Notes: generated from the letters alone by a model not told the origin. 64,000 nucleotides of DNA from Opitutales bacterium (GCA_049599475.1 JBMYOQ010000005.1:1-64000), one strand, 5' to 3'; numbered from the stretch's first letter, positions 48,504-59,729 are shown. Numbers and translations: made by a program.

Positions 48504-48695
48504 TTAATAGTTTAATCTACGAAAGAATGAGATTAACGAGGCATTTGGGGCAGTTCTCGAGGGAGTCGGTCGTTTCGAAGAATACGCGAGAAAAGCAAAG
48601 CTGGGATCGGGCCGCCTTCTCGTCACAAAGCAGCGTCTCGCCGAGATTCGAAGGCGATTTGGGTGAAACGGTCGCGGACCTTATGCGAAGCGAAT

Positions 48696-49694
48696 TCAAT
48701 CGCTTAGCTCTTCACCGCGGAGCATTTTTTTAAATTCATCTAAAGGCGCTTTGGACATATCTCGGAACTCGATGAAGTCTACGTGCTGTTCGGGGTGTCT
48801 GGAGTCGAAGGCTATGCCCCAGAGGGGGGCGATAGAATTGGGGAGCATGGAGTAGCGTATGTCTCCTAGAAGAGTCTTTGATTCCATGGGCAACTCGTAG
48901 AGATATTTTTGGGAGAAATGGTCGAAGCGGGCGATGTCTTTGGCCAATCGAGTGCCGGGTTCGGCGTAGGTTGTGAGATCGGGGGAATCGACGCGCGTGC
49001 CTTCGTAGATTTTGGCTTCTTTGAATGGCGTAATGTTTACGGCATCTACAGTGTAGGTCCCTTCGCTGTAGACGATGATGCGCCAGAGGAGAACGTTGGC
49101 TATTGAGGGACGCGCGGTAAGCCTATCAATTGTCAGACCCCGGGATTGCGCGAGCTCGGCGGCGTAGCTTTCGGCGCGCTCTCTTTGAATGTAACCAAAA
49201 GATAAATACATGATGGCCCAGAGGAAGCTGAAGCGAGCCAGTATTCTTTTTTGTATGATGAGTGCTCCAAGGATACCTAGAGTAAGCGGAAGGGTAAATA
49301 TGGGATCTATAATCGAGATGATATCCCAGGATTCCCTGTAATTTGAGAAGGGTAGGTAGAGCTGAGTCCCGTAGCTGGTACAGGCATCTAATATTCCGTG
49401 GGACAGTGTGGCTAGGATGGCTGGCAGTAAAATGTCGCGTAGTTCCCACTTGAATATTCCACGGAAAAGCAGTGCGACCAAACCGCCGATGAAGGGTGCG
49501 AAAAAGAGCGCGTGGGTCACATTTCTGTGGAATTCCAAATTAAGCAATGGGTCTTCTTCAGATCGAATGAGAACATCCAAGTCGGGCACCGCGCCGGCCA
49601 CCAGCCCCACGCACAAGGCTTGCCGCACCCTGTCTTTGGGGGCCGCGAGAGCCGCTGCTGCAGCGCCGAAAGTAGCTTGTGAAAGGGGGTCCAT
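48696..49694 (-). CDS. Inner-membrane metal-dependent hydrolase (YdjM-like family)
   Basis: MDPLSQ, PDLD, HRNVTHAL, SHGILDACTSYGTQL, IIDP. Confidence 0.85.
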   Translation of the reverse strand: MDPLSQATFGAAAAALAAPKDRVRQALCVGLVAGAVPDLDVLIRSEEDPLLNLEFHRNVTHALFFAPFIGGLVALLFRGIFKWELRDILLPAILATLSHGILDACTSYGTQLYLPFSNYRESWDIISIIDPIFTLPLTLGILGALIIQKRILARFSFLWAIMYLSFGYIQRERAESYAAELAQSRGLTIDRLTARPSIANVLLWRIIVYSEGTYTVDAVNITPFKEAKIYEGTRVDSPDLTTYAEPGTRLAKDIARFDHFSQKYLYELPMESKTLLGDIRYSMLPNSIAPLWGIAFDSRHPEQHVDFIEFRDMSKAPLDEFKKMLRGEELSD

Positions 49695-49800
49695 TTATCA
49701 GAAATTCTTACCGTGTTGTCAGGGTAGTCTGGCTAACTCCCTTACAAGTGCAAATCGTAGCCGTTTGAAGAGGCTAGGGATAGCCTTGGGGCATGCAGTT

Positions 49801-49880
49801 TTAGTAACTGAAGTCTGAATGCTGTTCCAAGAAATCCGTATTCTCCGTAACAGCGATGGGAGGCCCAATGGGGTCTTCGT
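49801..49880 (-). pseudogene. Decayed relic of the 3' end of the 50821-52905 esterase gene
   Basis: Translates EDPIGPPIAVTENTDFLEQHSDFSY-stop vs QQPIEPPFADPENTDFFLQYSDFSY-stop; 53/70 nt identical; stop and frameshift just upstream. Confidence 0.8.
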
Positions 49881-49941
49881 AAATGCTTCAAAGCGCACGG
49901 ATGATACTGAGATAACGCAATTGCCATTCGAAGGTATACGC

Positions 49942-50667
49942 CTACTGGTTGAGGGTTAAAGTGCTCGGAGGATTGCCTTGTCGGGTGGATTTCCTCCCAA
50001 AATCTGAAAGCACTGCTCGGACCGACGCCACGAAGGCGTCTGGGTCGTCGGGAGTGATCACGATGGTTTTTCCATCGAATCGAGCTATCACCGCTTTCTT
50101 AGGGTCGGTGGCGTAGACACGGTAGGTACCGAGGAGTCCATTGCGAAAATAGCCGATGTAGCCGAAAAGGCCCCCTATACCAAATAGGCGAATGGAGCCC
50201 ATCATTGCGTCGGGCTCGACTTGTAGATCTTCCAGTTTCTCGAGAGGGAAGCGCTTACTCCACCCTGCGCGATGAACGAGGAGTTGCCCTTCGCGGATCG
50301 AATATCCGGCAACCCCAAGAAAGTAGGCAAGAATCAATATGATGGTGAAAATCCAAAGAATCTCCGGAAGGAAAATGGATAGTGTTATGAAAAGAAGAAC
50401 CACAGTTGTGGTCACTATCTTTAGCGGCTTGTCCCAGGGAGCGCTGAAATTTAAACGCAGGACGGCATCTTGAAAAACTATTGGATCTACTTCGAAGGTA
50501 TTCGCCAAGAGGAGGATGCAATCTGCAGAGGGAAGCTCCCCTTTTTCATATCTTTGTATCGAGCGAGTCGATAGGCCGCACACTTCCGCGAGTTTTTCCT
50601 GTGTCCAAGAGCGGCGAGCGCGCTCAAGCTTTATTCGGGAAGCGATCTTTGAATGTGTTGAATTCAT
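49942..50667 (-). CDS. XRE-family HTH fused to a membrane/bacterial PH-like domain
   Basis: WTQEKLAEVCGLSTRSIQRYEKG; two TMs; IRLFGIGGLFGYIGYFRN..LG..YATD..IVITPDDP. Confidence 0.8.
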   Translation of the reverse strand: MNSTHSKIASRIKLERARRSWTQEKLAEVCGLSTRSIQRYEKGELPSADCILLLANTFEVDPIVFQDAVLRLNFSAPWDKPLKIVTTTVVLLFITLSIFLPEILWIFTIILILAYFLGVAGYSIREGQLLVHRAGWSKRFPLEKLEDLQVEPDAMMGSIRLFGIGGLFGYIGYFRNGLLGTYRVYATDPKKAVIARFDGKTIVITPDDPDAFVASVRAVLSDFGRKSTRQGNPPSTLTLNQ

Positions 50668-50820
50668 GGCCTAAAACTTTACTAGAATGCGCCATTTTGA
50701 CCACGACAGCAACACGACAATGACCTGACAGGCTGGCGAAAGGTGAATTTCGTGTCCCCTAAAATTGATCACGGAGCTAAGCCGCCTTACAGAGCTTGAG
50801 CTTGGTCAATTCATCTCCCA

Positions 50821-52905
50821 TTAGTAACTAAAATCTGAATACTGCAGGAAGAAGTCTGTATTCTCCGGATCTGCGAAGGGGGGCTCGATCGGTTGTTGAG
50901 TGAGCCGAAAAAAGCGGCTGGGATCGAGGCCCACAGTATCCTCGGTCAAGACGCCCTCGCCCGTACCGTCGAATGCGCTCGCGAAATCCTGCCATGCATT
51001 GAGGAGGTTGGTTGTCGATTCCCATTGGTAATTGAGGCGCGTGTTGGTCGCATTGGCCGTGAGCTCAATATCTTCTTGCGGATCGTCTCCGGGTGCGATG
51101 CTGACGGGTGTGATTGGTTTCATATGGGCCTCTAACCACTTTAAAACCTCGGCGCGCGAAAGTCGTTTGGCCTTTTGATCGGCAGTTTCGTTATTGGTGT
51201 CCCAATCAATCCCAAGTGAAGATGTGACCAGATCGAAGGAGTGATCCACGCCTGCATAGATGAAGTGGTGCTGCAAGGGATCCTCGACGCCTTCCGCTGC
51301 GGCTTGAAGGGAGGAAGATTCGACTTGTTTGATTGGAAAAAGGTTTCCCGTAAGCGGCAATGCAGCATCTGGATCGTCGACACCCAGCAGTGAATCCTCT
51401 GTGCCGTGGAAGAGGAGGACCTTCATGCGACGGTCGAACATATAGCGTCCGGCGGTGACAGAACTGGCTTGTCCATGATAGCGCCAATGGGAGCCCCCGC
51501 CGTAGTAGAAGAAGCCCAGCTTGGGAAAGGGTAGGTCGTCTGGAATGCGGACGGGGCTGTCGACGACAAGTAGGGTGTCGAATTCGACATCATCCTCTGG
51601 CTCTGGCGTGTCTTGGTCGTTCAAATCGACATAGGAAACCTCGTATTGGCCAAGGTCGACAGAGACGTCGAGCACGGCGTTCATGGCCGTCTGAGCACCA
51701 TGGGAGAACCCCATCAATGCAATGTTGTCGGTATCTACATCGTCTCGGCTCTGTAGATAGCTCAAAGCGGCAACGACATCCTTGGGCCTCTCGTAATTCG
51801 GCGAGCACAAGGCGTCGTCGTCAGTGGGGTCGTAGTGCGGCCGCCGGCCACTGAAGTTCTCTGGAATGCCGCGTGGATTGTAGCTGTCTGGGAAACAGGC
51901 AATGTACCCTAGGTCTGCGAGGAGTTCACCCCATTGCTCAAATTGAGAGATGAGGCCATTCGCGATTTCATCATTTGACCATAAACCTCCGGATCCGTGC
52001 ATGATCAACACGGTGGGATAGGGCCCCGGACCGAAAGCACTCGAGTCAGGAACGTACAGGCGTGCGACTAGGGTGAGTTGATCCGCATCGTCAGGGTAAC
52101 CAGGCAAAGCGGATAGCTGTGCAGTCGGGGTCGGGATTGAGTCAGGCTCGAGATCCTCGGGGAGATCGAAGAAGACGGTTTCTTCGGTGAAGGCGGTCAC
52201 CAGCGACTCTGCATCTAAACGCACATCATCGAAATCGACCTCGATACCAGGATCAGGAGTGTCTGCGATATTCAGATTAACCAGGCGAATGGTCAGAGCC
52301 CCGCCTTCCTGGGGGTGCGCATCCCCGACATCGTAGACAATCTCGCGCGTCTCCCAGAGGCCTTCGCTGATCTCCGCTCCGGTGTCGGAGGCTAGCACGA
52401 CATCGCCCGCCATAAGGTCTATGCGGTAGCCAGGAAAGCCGTTCAGGTTATAAAAATTGTTACCCCCGTCTGCGGAGGATACGGACCCTTGGCCGGAAGC
52501 AATGTTGCCTACATCGACCTGTAGTGTGTAACGGGTTTTGAGCTCCAGAGTATCGCCAAGGGTTTGTTGGATTCCGACTTCACCTTGTCCAAATGCGCCG
52601 TCCAAGTAAATAATAGCAGCCAAGGAACCCTCAGGCGCGCCGCCAGGGAAAAAGTCTGAGCCGGTAGGATTGATCAGGCCGATCGAAAGATTGTTGCCAT
52701 TTAGCAGGGCGTTTGGGTCGTAAGGGTCCCAGTCCGAAGGGGTCCCTGGATCGACACGAAAGGTATTATCCGGGATCGGAGACAGGTCCGGCATGGTGTC
52801 ATTCTCGAAACCTGAATTCAGGATTGCGAGAGGCGCAGCGTGGGAAACGTTAAGGCAAACCGAGGCCGCAACGCACAGCGCGGCACCGAGTGGGTAGGTC
52901 TTCAT
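50821..52905 (-). CDS. Secreted alpha/beta hydrolase (dienelactone hydrolase-like) with an N-terminal CBM-like domain
   Basis: Signal peptide, ILNSGFE beta-sandwich, MHGSGG, GFSHG nucleophile elbow, HGTED, VDHSFD. Confidence 0.8.
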   Translation of the reverse strand: MKTYPLGAALCVAASVCLNVSHAAPLAILNSGFENDTMPDLSPIPDNTFRVDPGTPSDWDPYDPNALLNGNNLSIGLINPTGSDFFPGGAPEGSLAAIIYLDGAFGQGEVGIQQTLGDTLELKTRYTLQVDVGNIASGQGSVSSADGGNNFYNLNGFPGYRIDLMAGDVVLASDTGAEISEGLWETREIVYDVGDAHPQEGGALTIRLVNLNIADTPDPGIEVDFDDVRLDAESLVTAFTEETVFFDLPEDLEPDSIPTPTAQLSALPGYPDDADQLTLVARLYVPDSSAFGPGPYPTVLIMHGSGGLWSNDEIANGLISQFEQWGELLADLGYIACFPDSYNPRGIPENFSGRRPHYDPTDDDALCSPNYERPKDVVAALSYLQSRDDVDTDNIALMGFSHGAQTAMNAVLDVSVDLGQYEVSYVDLNDQDTPEPEDDVEFDTLLVVDSPVRIPDDLPFPKLGFFYYGGGSHWRYHGQASSVTAGRYMFDRRMKVLLFHGTEDSLLGVDDPDAALPLTGNLFPIKQVESSSLQAAAEGVEDPLQHHFIYAGVDHSFDLVTSSLGIDWDTNNETADQKAKRLSRAEVLKWLEAHMKPITPVSIAPGDDPQEDIELTANATNTRLNYQWESTTNLLNAWQDFASAFDGTGEGVLTEDTVGLDPSRFFRLTQQPIEPPFADPENTDFFLQYSDFSY

Positions 52906-53006
52906 GGCTAGTCAGGCTTGGGTGGAGTGAGCGGAGCCTACGGATCCGATTAGGCGGGTCAAACCTGAACAGGGTGTCTCTGAGGAAAGCGGGAATCGGC
53001 TTTTTC

Positions 53007-54194
53007 CTACTTCCTTGACGAAAGTCTGATCACCGAAACCTCTGCGGGGGTGCCGAACCGAAAGGGAACTCCCCAAAATCCAGTTCCAGGATTTATATAG
53101 AGGGTGCTTGTTCCTTTTTTGTAGAGGCCCATGGCGTGCTCCAGGAAGGGAGACGCGAGACTCCAATTGAGAAAGGGGATGGCGAATTGGCCATAGTGGG
53201 TGTGACCGCTTAGAGTGAGATCGACACCGCGCTGGTTGAGCTCGCTCCATAGAGCGGGGTTGTGAGCGAGAGCGATCACGGGTTCGTTCGGAGAAATGTC
53301 CTTAAAGGTCAGGGAAATGTCGGGTGCCGCTGGCGCCTGCAATGGGTTGTTTTTGTTGGCTGCGGGATCGCCCGTTCCGGCTATCCAAATACGTTGACCG
53401 TCTTTTTCGATAGATTTCGATTCGTTGAGTAGCACCTGGATGCCACTGCTTTCTAGGCCTGCTTTGACGGGGATCCAATTCGCGTAGATGTCATGATTTC
53501 CTATGACAGCATATACGCCGCAGGGTGCCTCGAGGTCTTTGAATGCCGCGTTGAAGTGCTCGATGTCGTGAGCGAAGTCGTCAACCTGGTCTCCGGTAAT
53601 GACGATTAGGTCAGGTTGCTGGTTGAGAACCGTCTGCTGTATTTTTGCCAGAAATGGTTTAGAGGTATGAGGCCCTACATGAAGGTCTGAGATTTGGACG
53701 ATTTTTAGCCCTTCAAAAGCTTCTGGTAATCGAGAAATAGATACATCTATGACCTTAAGCGTTAGTTTGCGCGAATGGTACCATCCCATGATGGACAGAA
53801 GGCTGAGCCCAGGTATCGTGATCGCCGTGCTCCATCGAGCAAACTGGGCACTGTCTCCGAATGGAAACCCTAGAGCTGCGCCCGTGAGCATGCCTATTGC
53901 GATGAGGGGCAGGGCCAGCATCGCATACCAAAATGGCCGCATAATGAATAGCCGTGTCGAAGCATTGGGATAGGCTTCTCTTGTGAATCCGTTGACCAGT
54001 GCGCGCAGGGGAATCGCAACGAGTAAGAGGGCTCCTGAAATGGACAGCCATCCTCCAGGCAAGAAGGGGTGGAAAAATACTCCGATTACCGACAACGGAA
54101 GACCTATCCACGCTAGGACGAATAGGGATACGGGAAGAAGTGGGAAATGCGATTGCGGGGCAGCAGTCGTTCTGATTTCGGCATTCATGAGCAT
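53007..54194 (-). CDS. Membrane-bound calcineurin-like metallophosphoesterase (YkuE/YaeI-like)
   Basis: SDLH, TGDQVD, GNHD, AHNP, SGHTHYGQ. Confidence 0.9.
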   Translation of the reverse strand: MLMNAEIRTTAAPQSHFPLLPVSLFVLAWIGLPLSVIGVFFHPFLPGGWLSISGALLLVAIPLRALVNGFTREAYPNASTRLFIMRPFWYAMLALPLIAIGMLTGAALGFPFGDSAQFARWSTAITIPGLSLLSIMGWYHSRKLTLKVIDVSISRLPEAFEGLKIVQISDLHVGPHTSKPFLAKIQQTVLNQQPDLIVITGDQVDDFAHDIEHFNAAFKDLEAPCGVYAVIGNHDIYANWIPVKAGLESSGIQVLLNESKSIEKDGQRIWIAGTGDPAANKNNPLQAPAAPDISLTFKDISPNEPVIALAHNPALWSELNQRGVDLTLSGHTHYGQFAIPFLNWSLASPFLEHAMGLYKKGTSTLYINPGTGFWGVPFRFGTPAEVSVIRLSSRK

Positions 54195-54339
54195 TATGAC
54201 AAACTTCGGCGATCGATGTTCGGGACTGTAATCGATTTTGAAATTATACTATCAGGTCCGCCCGCTTTAGCGCCAATTTCGTGACTCTCGTGTATTTGGT
54301 GGACTCCCGAATCGAAGCTTAAATAGCATCCGCGGGAAG

Positions 54340-56076
54340 ATGTATACACTTAGGCCCTATCAGCAGGAAGCAGTAGATCGGACGCTCCGTTATTTTCGGA
54401 AGAAGCGGAGTCCTGCGGTGATCGTCCTGCCTACTGGAGCAGGGAAGAGCCTTGTCATTGCCGAGTTAGCGAAGATTGCTAAGGGGCGCGTCTTGGTGCT
54501 CACGCACGTGAAGGAGCTGGTCGAGCAGAACCACCTGAAATACGAGAGCTACGGCCTGAAGGCGGGAATCTACTCAGCTGGATTGAACCAGAAGGACAGT
54601 GCCCAGAAGGTCATCTTCGGGAGTATCCAATCTGTCGCAAATGCTGAAGATAGCTTTTTCCGAGATTTCAACTTGGTCGTGATCGACGAGTGTCACCGTG
54701 TGGGTCTGCAGCCGGAATCCCAATATGCGCAAGTGATTGGGCGACTTCAGCGCAACAATCCGCGCATCTGCATCCTAGGCCTCACGGCTACACCCTATCG
54801 CTTAGGACTGGGATGGATTTTTAATGTCGCGCTTGATGGCGAGATAAAGACGGAAGAAGATCGTTTTTTTAAGCACTGCATCTACGAGTTGCCAATCGAC
54901 TACATGATCCGGAATCGTTACCTTACGCGGCCGGTAAAAGTGGACAATCCGGTGACCTCCTACGATTTCTCCGAGCTTACCGAAGGGGGCGAATCCTACA
55001 CCATGGCGCAACTTGAGGAGGTGCTTGGTCAGCAGCGACGGCTCACACCCCTTATTATTAAAAACATTATCGACATTACGGAGAGTGAACATCGGCAGGG
55101 TGTTATGATTTTTAGCTCTACCGTGAAGCATGCCGAGGAGATTATGGAGTACCTCCCCGCGGGGCAGGCCCGGCTCGTGGTCGGGACGACAGAGCTCAGC
55201 GAGCGAGATGCGATCATTGAGGCCTTTAAGCAGAAAGCATTTCGTTATCTCGTGAATGTCTCGGTGTTGACGACGGGGTTCGATGCCTCCCATGTGGATG
55301 TAATTGCGATACTACGACCCACCGAATCTGTGAGCTTATACCAACAGATTATTGGTCGCGGCTTACGTTTGGGAGATGATAAAAAGGACTGCTTAGTCCT
55401 AGATTATACTGGAATGGGGCACAGTATCTTCAGTCCAGAAATCGGAGAGAAAAAGCCAGAGTCGGAATCGGTTCCGGTGCAAGTCGCCTGTCCGCAGTGT
55501 GGGCATATTAATGACTTCTGGGGTACCCTCGATCATGATGGCAATGTCGTAGAGCATCATGGGCGCAAATGTAGGGGAGGGAAAACGGATCCGCACACGC
55601 TTGAATTTACGCCGTGCGGCTTTCGTTTTCGCTATAAAATTTGTAGCGAGTGTGGCTCAGAAAACGATATCTCTGCGCGGGCCTGCAATAAGTGCGGTGT
55701 TGTATTGGTAGATCCTGACGAAAAGCTCAAGCAGGCTAGGCTTTCTAAAAATGCCCACGTGCTCACGCCAGATTCCATAGAAATGCTAGAGCGCACTGAC
55801 AAGCGAGGAACGCCCTACCTACAGGTGAAGTATTACGATTACGACGCACAGTTTGTATCCGAAATGCACTACCTGAACAATCCGACGAGTCTCAAAAAAT
55901 TCAGAGTCAACTTCCTTCGCTCCCACCTGCGTCGACCCGAAACAAAGCTCAACATCCGAAGGGTCGAGGATGTGATCAATATCCAGTCCCAGCTCCGCAT
56001 GCCCGCCTTCGTAATCGCCCGCAAACAAGGCAACTTCTGGAAGGTTACGGAGAAGATATTCGGCGAGGAGCTGTGA
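54340..56076 (+). CDS. radD: SF2 DNA repair helicase RadD (YejH)
   Basis: [43 protein letters not shown], Cys-rich zinc ribbon. Confidence 0.9.
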   Translation: MYTLRPYQQEAVDRTLRYFRKKRSPAVIVLPTGAGKSLVIAELAKIAKGRVLVLTHVKELVEQNHLKYESYGLKAGIYSAGLNQKDSAQKVIFGSIQSVANAEDSFFRDFNLVVIDECHRVGLQPESQYAQVIGRLQRNNPRICILGLTATPYRLGLGWIFNVALDGEIKTEEDRFFKHCIYELPIDYMIRNRYLTRPVKVDNPVTSYDFSELTEGGESYTMAQLEEVLGQQRRLTPLIIKNIIDITESEHRQGVMIFSSTVKHAEEIMEYLPAGQARLVVGTTELSERDAIIEAFKQKAFRYLVNVSVLTTGFDASHVDVIAILRPTESVSLYQQIIGRGLRLGDDKKDCLVLDYTGMGHSIFSPEIGEKKPESESVPVQVACPQCGHINDFWGTLDHDGNVVEHHGRKCRGGKTDPHTLEFTPCGFRFRYKICSECGSENDISARACNKCGVVLVDPDEKLKQARLSKNAHVLTPDSIEMLERTDKRGTPYLQVKYYDYDAQFVSEMHYLNNPTSLKKFRVNFLRSHLRRPETKLNIRRVEDVINIQSQLRMPAFVIARKQGNFWKVTEKIFGEEL

Positions 56077-56101
56077 GGTGTAGGCTTCTACTCTTTACAG
56101 G

Positions 56102-56317
56102 TCTCACGCCCGCTTCGCTCAAGCAGCAAAGACGCGAAGATACTTGAAGAACTGCCACCAGGCAGGCCTCGTGAGAAAGCGTTTCGAATCTAGAATTACT
56201 CAAACGGAGCGAGTGTAGCCAAGGGTGCCGAAACCTATCTTAAAAGAATCTGCGTCCATCTGGGGATCTCCATAATAAGCTTTGCGCCTTTGCTGCTTGA
56301 GCGAAGCGGGCGCGAGA
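56102..56317. repeat. Long inverted repeat element (38-bp arms, 140-bp spacer)
   Basis: TCTCACGCCCGCTTCGCTCAAGCAGCAAAGACGCGAAG (56102-56139) vs revcomp of 56280-56317, three mismatches. Confidence 0.85.
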
Positions 56318-56403
56318 ACATGAGCTGTTTCCATGAATTCCCTGAACTTTTTCTTCGATAGGAGTTTGAGGAATGCAACTGGCTGTCTAAACCTAATTTT
56401 AAG

Positions 56404-58032
56404 ATGGATGCTGTTTTTATTGCTGTTGCCTTTGGATTTGGACTGATCGCTCAACGACTCAAGCTGCCGCCCTTGGTCGGCTTCTTGATTTCGGGCTTTG
56501 TATTGCAGGCGATGGGGCACACCGGAGGACCGGCCTTGGAGACTATGGCGAATCTCGGAGTCACCCTCATGCTATTCAGCATTGGCGTCAAATTGAAGCT
56601 GCGCACCCTCGCAAGGCCCGAGATCTGGGGAGGCACTACCATGCATACTGCCGGCGTGCTTCTCGTTTTTGCGCCGACTATCCTCGTGCTTGCTCTCAGT
56701 CTGTTCGATTTGCCTGGTTTCGACGTTAAGGTGGCGATGCTGGTGGCCTTTGGCCTGAGTTTCTCGAGCACTGTATTCGCCGTGAAGAGCTTGGGTGAAA
56801 ACGGGGATATGGACTCGATGCACGGTCGGGCCGCGATCGGGGTCTTGATCATGCAGGACATCATTGCCGTCCTATTTCTCACCTTCAGCACGGGCAAGAT
56901 TCCAACGCTCTGGGCCATCCCGCTGCTGGCCGCACTGCTCTTTGGCCGCAAGATTTTACAGCGCCTGATAGCAGGCTCAGGTCACGGTGAAATGATCGCC
57001 TTGTGTGGACTGTTCTTAGCCCTGGTGGTGGGTTCCGAAGGCTTTACCGTGGTGGGCCTCAATGGGGACTTGGGAGCTCTGTTTATCGGGGTTTTGGTGG
57101 GAGCGCATCCTCGAGCGAGCGAGCTCAGTAAATCACTCTCGGGAATCACAGACTTGTTACTTGTGGGCTTCTTCTTGCAAATCGGTCTTCAGGGAAGTTT
57201 GACGGGGCAATCCTTAATTTGGGCGCTGATCTTCATTGCGATGCTCCCCCTGAAGAGCGTCGGCTTCTTCTTCATCTTTACTCGCTTTCACCTCCGCGCG
57301 CGGACCGCTTGGCTCAGTGCGCTCAACCTATCCACCTACAGTGAGTTTGGCCTGATCGTGCTAGCTCTCGCTGTGGGGAAAGGTTGGCTCGGCAGCGAGT
57401 GGCTCATTTCCATGGCCTTGGCCCTTTCAATTAGTATTTTGTTGGTGTCTCCACTCACGCGCAATGCCGACGTCCTCTACGAGAAGATATGTAGTAAGCT
57501 GCGTAAATTCGAAACCGATACGGATCATCCCGACGATCTTCCCATCGAAATCGGCGACCGCCGTATCGCCATCTTCGGTATGGGCCGTGTCGGTACCTCC
57601 GCTTATAAATATTTTGAGGAGCGATTCCCAGGGAAAGTCATCGGATTTGATATGGATGCGTATACTCTGGAAAAGCACCAGGACGAAGGCCGCGCGGTCC
57701 TGCTCGCAGACGCGACCGACACCGATTTCTGGACCAAAATGCAATTCCGGGACAAGCTCGATCTGGTCATCCTAGCCCTTTCTAGCCACCCCGCCAACCT
57801 CCACGCCGCCGAGACCCTCAAGCGTAACGAATTCTCCGGCGTGGTAACCGCCATCGGCCGCTACGATGACGAAGTATCCGAACTCTGCGGCCTCGGCCTC
57901 ACCACTGCCTTCAACCTCTACATCGAAGCCGGGAACGGTTTCGCCCACCACGTCCACGAAGTCTTCTCAGAGCAACGCCCAGACCTCGTAGAAGCCTTGC
58001 AAAAGGACGGGGCGAAGGCGACCGAAGGGTAG
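56404..58032 (+). CDS. Kef-type cation:proton antiporter (CPA2) with a TrkA-N/RCK domain
   Basis: LPPLVGFLISG, LSFSSTVFAVK, LIMQDI, SEFGLI, IFGMGRVG. Confidence 0.9.
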   Translation: MDAVFIAVAFGFGLIAQRLKLPPLVGFLISGFVLQAMGHTGGPALETMANLGVTLMLFSIGVKLKLRTLARPEIWGGTTMHTAGVLLVFAPTILVLALSLFDLPGFDVKVAMLVAFGLSFSSTVFAVKSLGENGDMDSMHGRAAIGVLIMQDIIAVLFLTFSTGKIPTLWAIPLLAALLFGRKILQRLIAGSGHGEMIALCGLFLALVVGSEGFTVVGLNGDLGALFIGVLVGAHPRASELSKSLSGITDLLLVGFFLQIGLQGSLTGQSLIWALIFIAMLPLKSVGFFFIFTRFHLRARTAWLSALNLSTYSEFGLIVLALAVGKGWLGSEWLISMALALSISILLVSPLTRNADVLYEKICSKLRKFETDTDHPDDLPIEIGDRRIAIFGMGRVGTSAYKYFEERFPGKVIGFDMDAYTLEKHQDEGRAVLLADATDTDFWTKMQFRDKLDLVILALSSHPANLHAAETLKRNEFSGVVTAIGRYDDEVSELCGLGLTTAFNLYIEAGNGFAHHVHEVFSEQRPDLVEALQKDGAKATEG

Positions 58033-58054
58033 GGGCAAGCGTCCTCGCTTGACC
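58028..58054 (+). repeat. GTAG-type REP-like element overlapping the antiporter stop codon
   Basis: GGTAGGGGCAAGCG-TCCT-CGCTTGACC; its TAG (58030-58032) is the gene's stop. Confidence 0.6.
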
Positions 58055-58107
58055 GAGAGAGTCGGCCTCACCGGGGGTGATAAACTTGGCTCTTATCTAT
58101 TTATGAA

Positions 58108-58188
58108 AAACTGAGCGGCTCTGTGACCCTTGCGCGATATCTATATGCTTAAAAATCTTCACGTGGATTCCGCAGAGCCGCTGAGTTT
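58108..58188. repeat. Inverted repeat of the CGCAGAG-CCGC(T/G)GAG family
   Basis: CTGAGCGGCTCTGTG (58111-58125) vs CGCAGAGCCGCTGAG (58171-58185); related element at 60431-60532. Confidence 0.6.
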
Positions 58189-58211
58189 GGGCACTGTTAA
58201 ATTGAGCCTCC

Positions 58212-58787
58212 TTAAACCACGGTCTCGTCAGGTTCGCTTTCAAGAAACTCGCGGCCGTTGCTGCGTGCTGGGTCGTCGATTATTTCTACCCATTTTTCTC
58301 CCTATTCTCGTATCGAATCTTCAGATACGCTGTCAGCCCGATACATCCATTGTGGGATCATGTAGTTCATCTGGCATAGGTTTGCGGTTAGCTGAAAGGG
58401 TCGCAACAGATCGTGGATTGTGGCGTAGATGTCGAAGCCTGTGTAATACTTCTCCTGCCCTCCCGCCGAGAGAATGATCTGAAGGTCTTTGCCTTTGAGT
58501 TTGTCGCCTGTGCTTCCGTAGGCGAATCCGTAGGTGAGGACATCGTCCAGCCATTTTTTCAAGAGAGGCGGACTCGAATACCAGTAGAAAGGGAATTGGA
58601 AAATAATGCGGTCGAATTCAAGTAAGAGGTTCTGTTCTCTTTCAACATCAATTTGCAATTCGGGGTATTCCTGATACATATCTCGCGAGATTGCGATCTT
58701 TCCACTGGCTTCGAGTTGTTGTTTCCAGATTCGGTTGACGCGTGACGACGATAGATCCGGGTGGAACACCATGTTCATGATTTTCAT
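58212..58787 (-). pseudogene. Flavodoxin-fold NAD(P)H oxidoreductase (KefF/KefG-like) with an apparent premature TAG at 58302-58304
   Basis: HPDLSSSRVN, IDVEREQ, FQFPFYWYSSPPLLKKWLDDVLTYGFAYG; the frame continues 29 codons past the TAG to TAA 58212-58214. Confidence 0.7.
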
Positions 58788-58809
58788 AGCAAATCCAATC
58801 ACTTGATAA

Positions 58810-59724
<915 letters not shown>

Positions 59725-59729
59725 TTAAT

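Noticed and set aside
49742..49927. 61-aa ORF in the track
   Set aside because: Better explained as an off-frame reading across the esterase 3'-end relic
58302..58304. Genome-wide TAG recoding
   Set aside because: Several intact genes end at TAG where expected (e.g. PEP-CTERM 6630, TetR 60392, EamA 63878)
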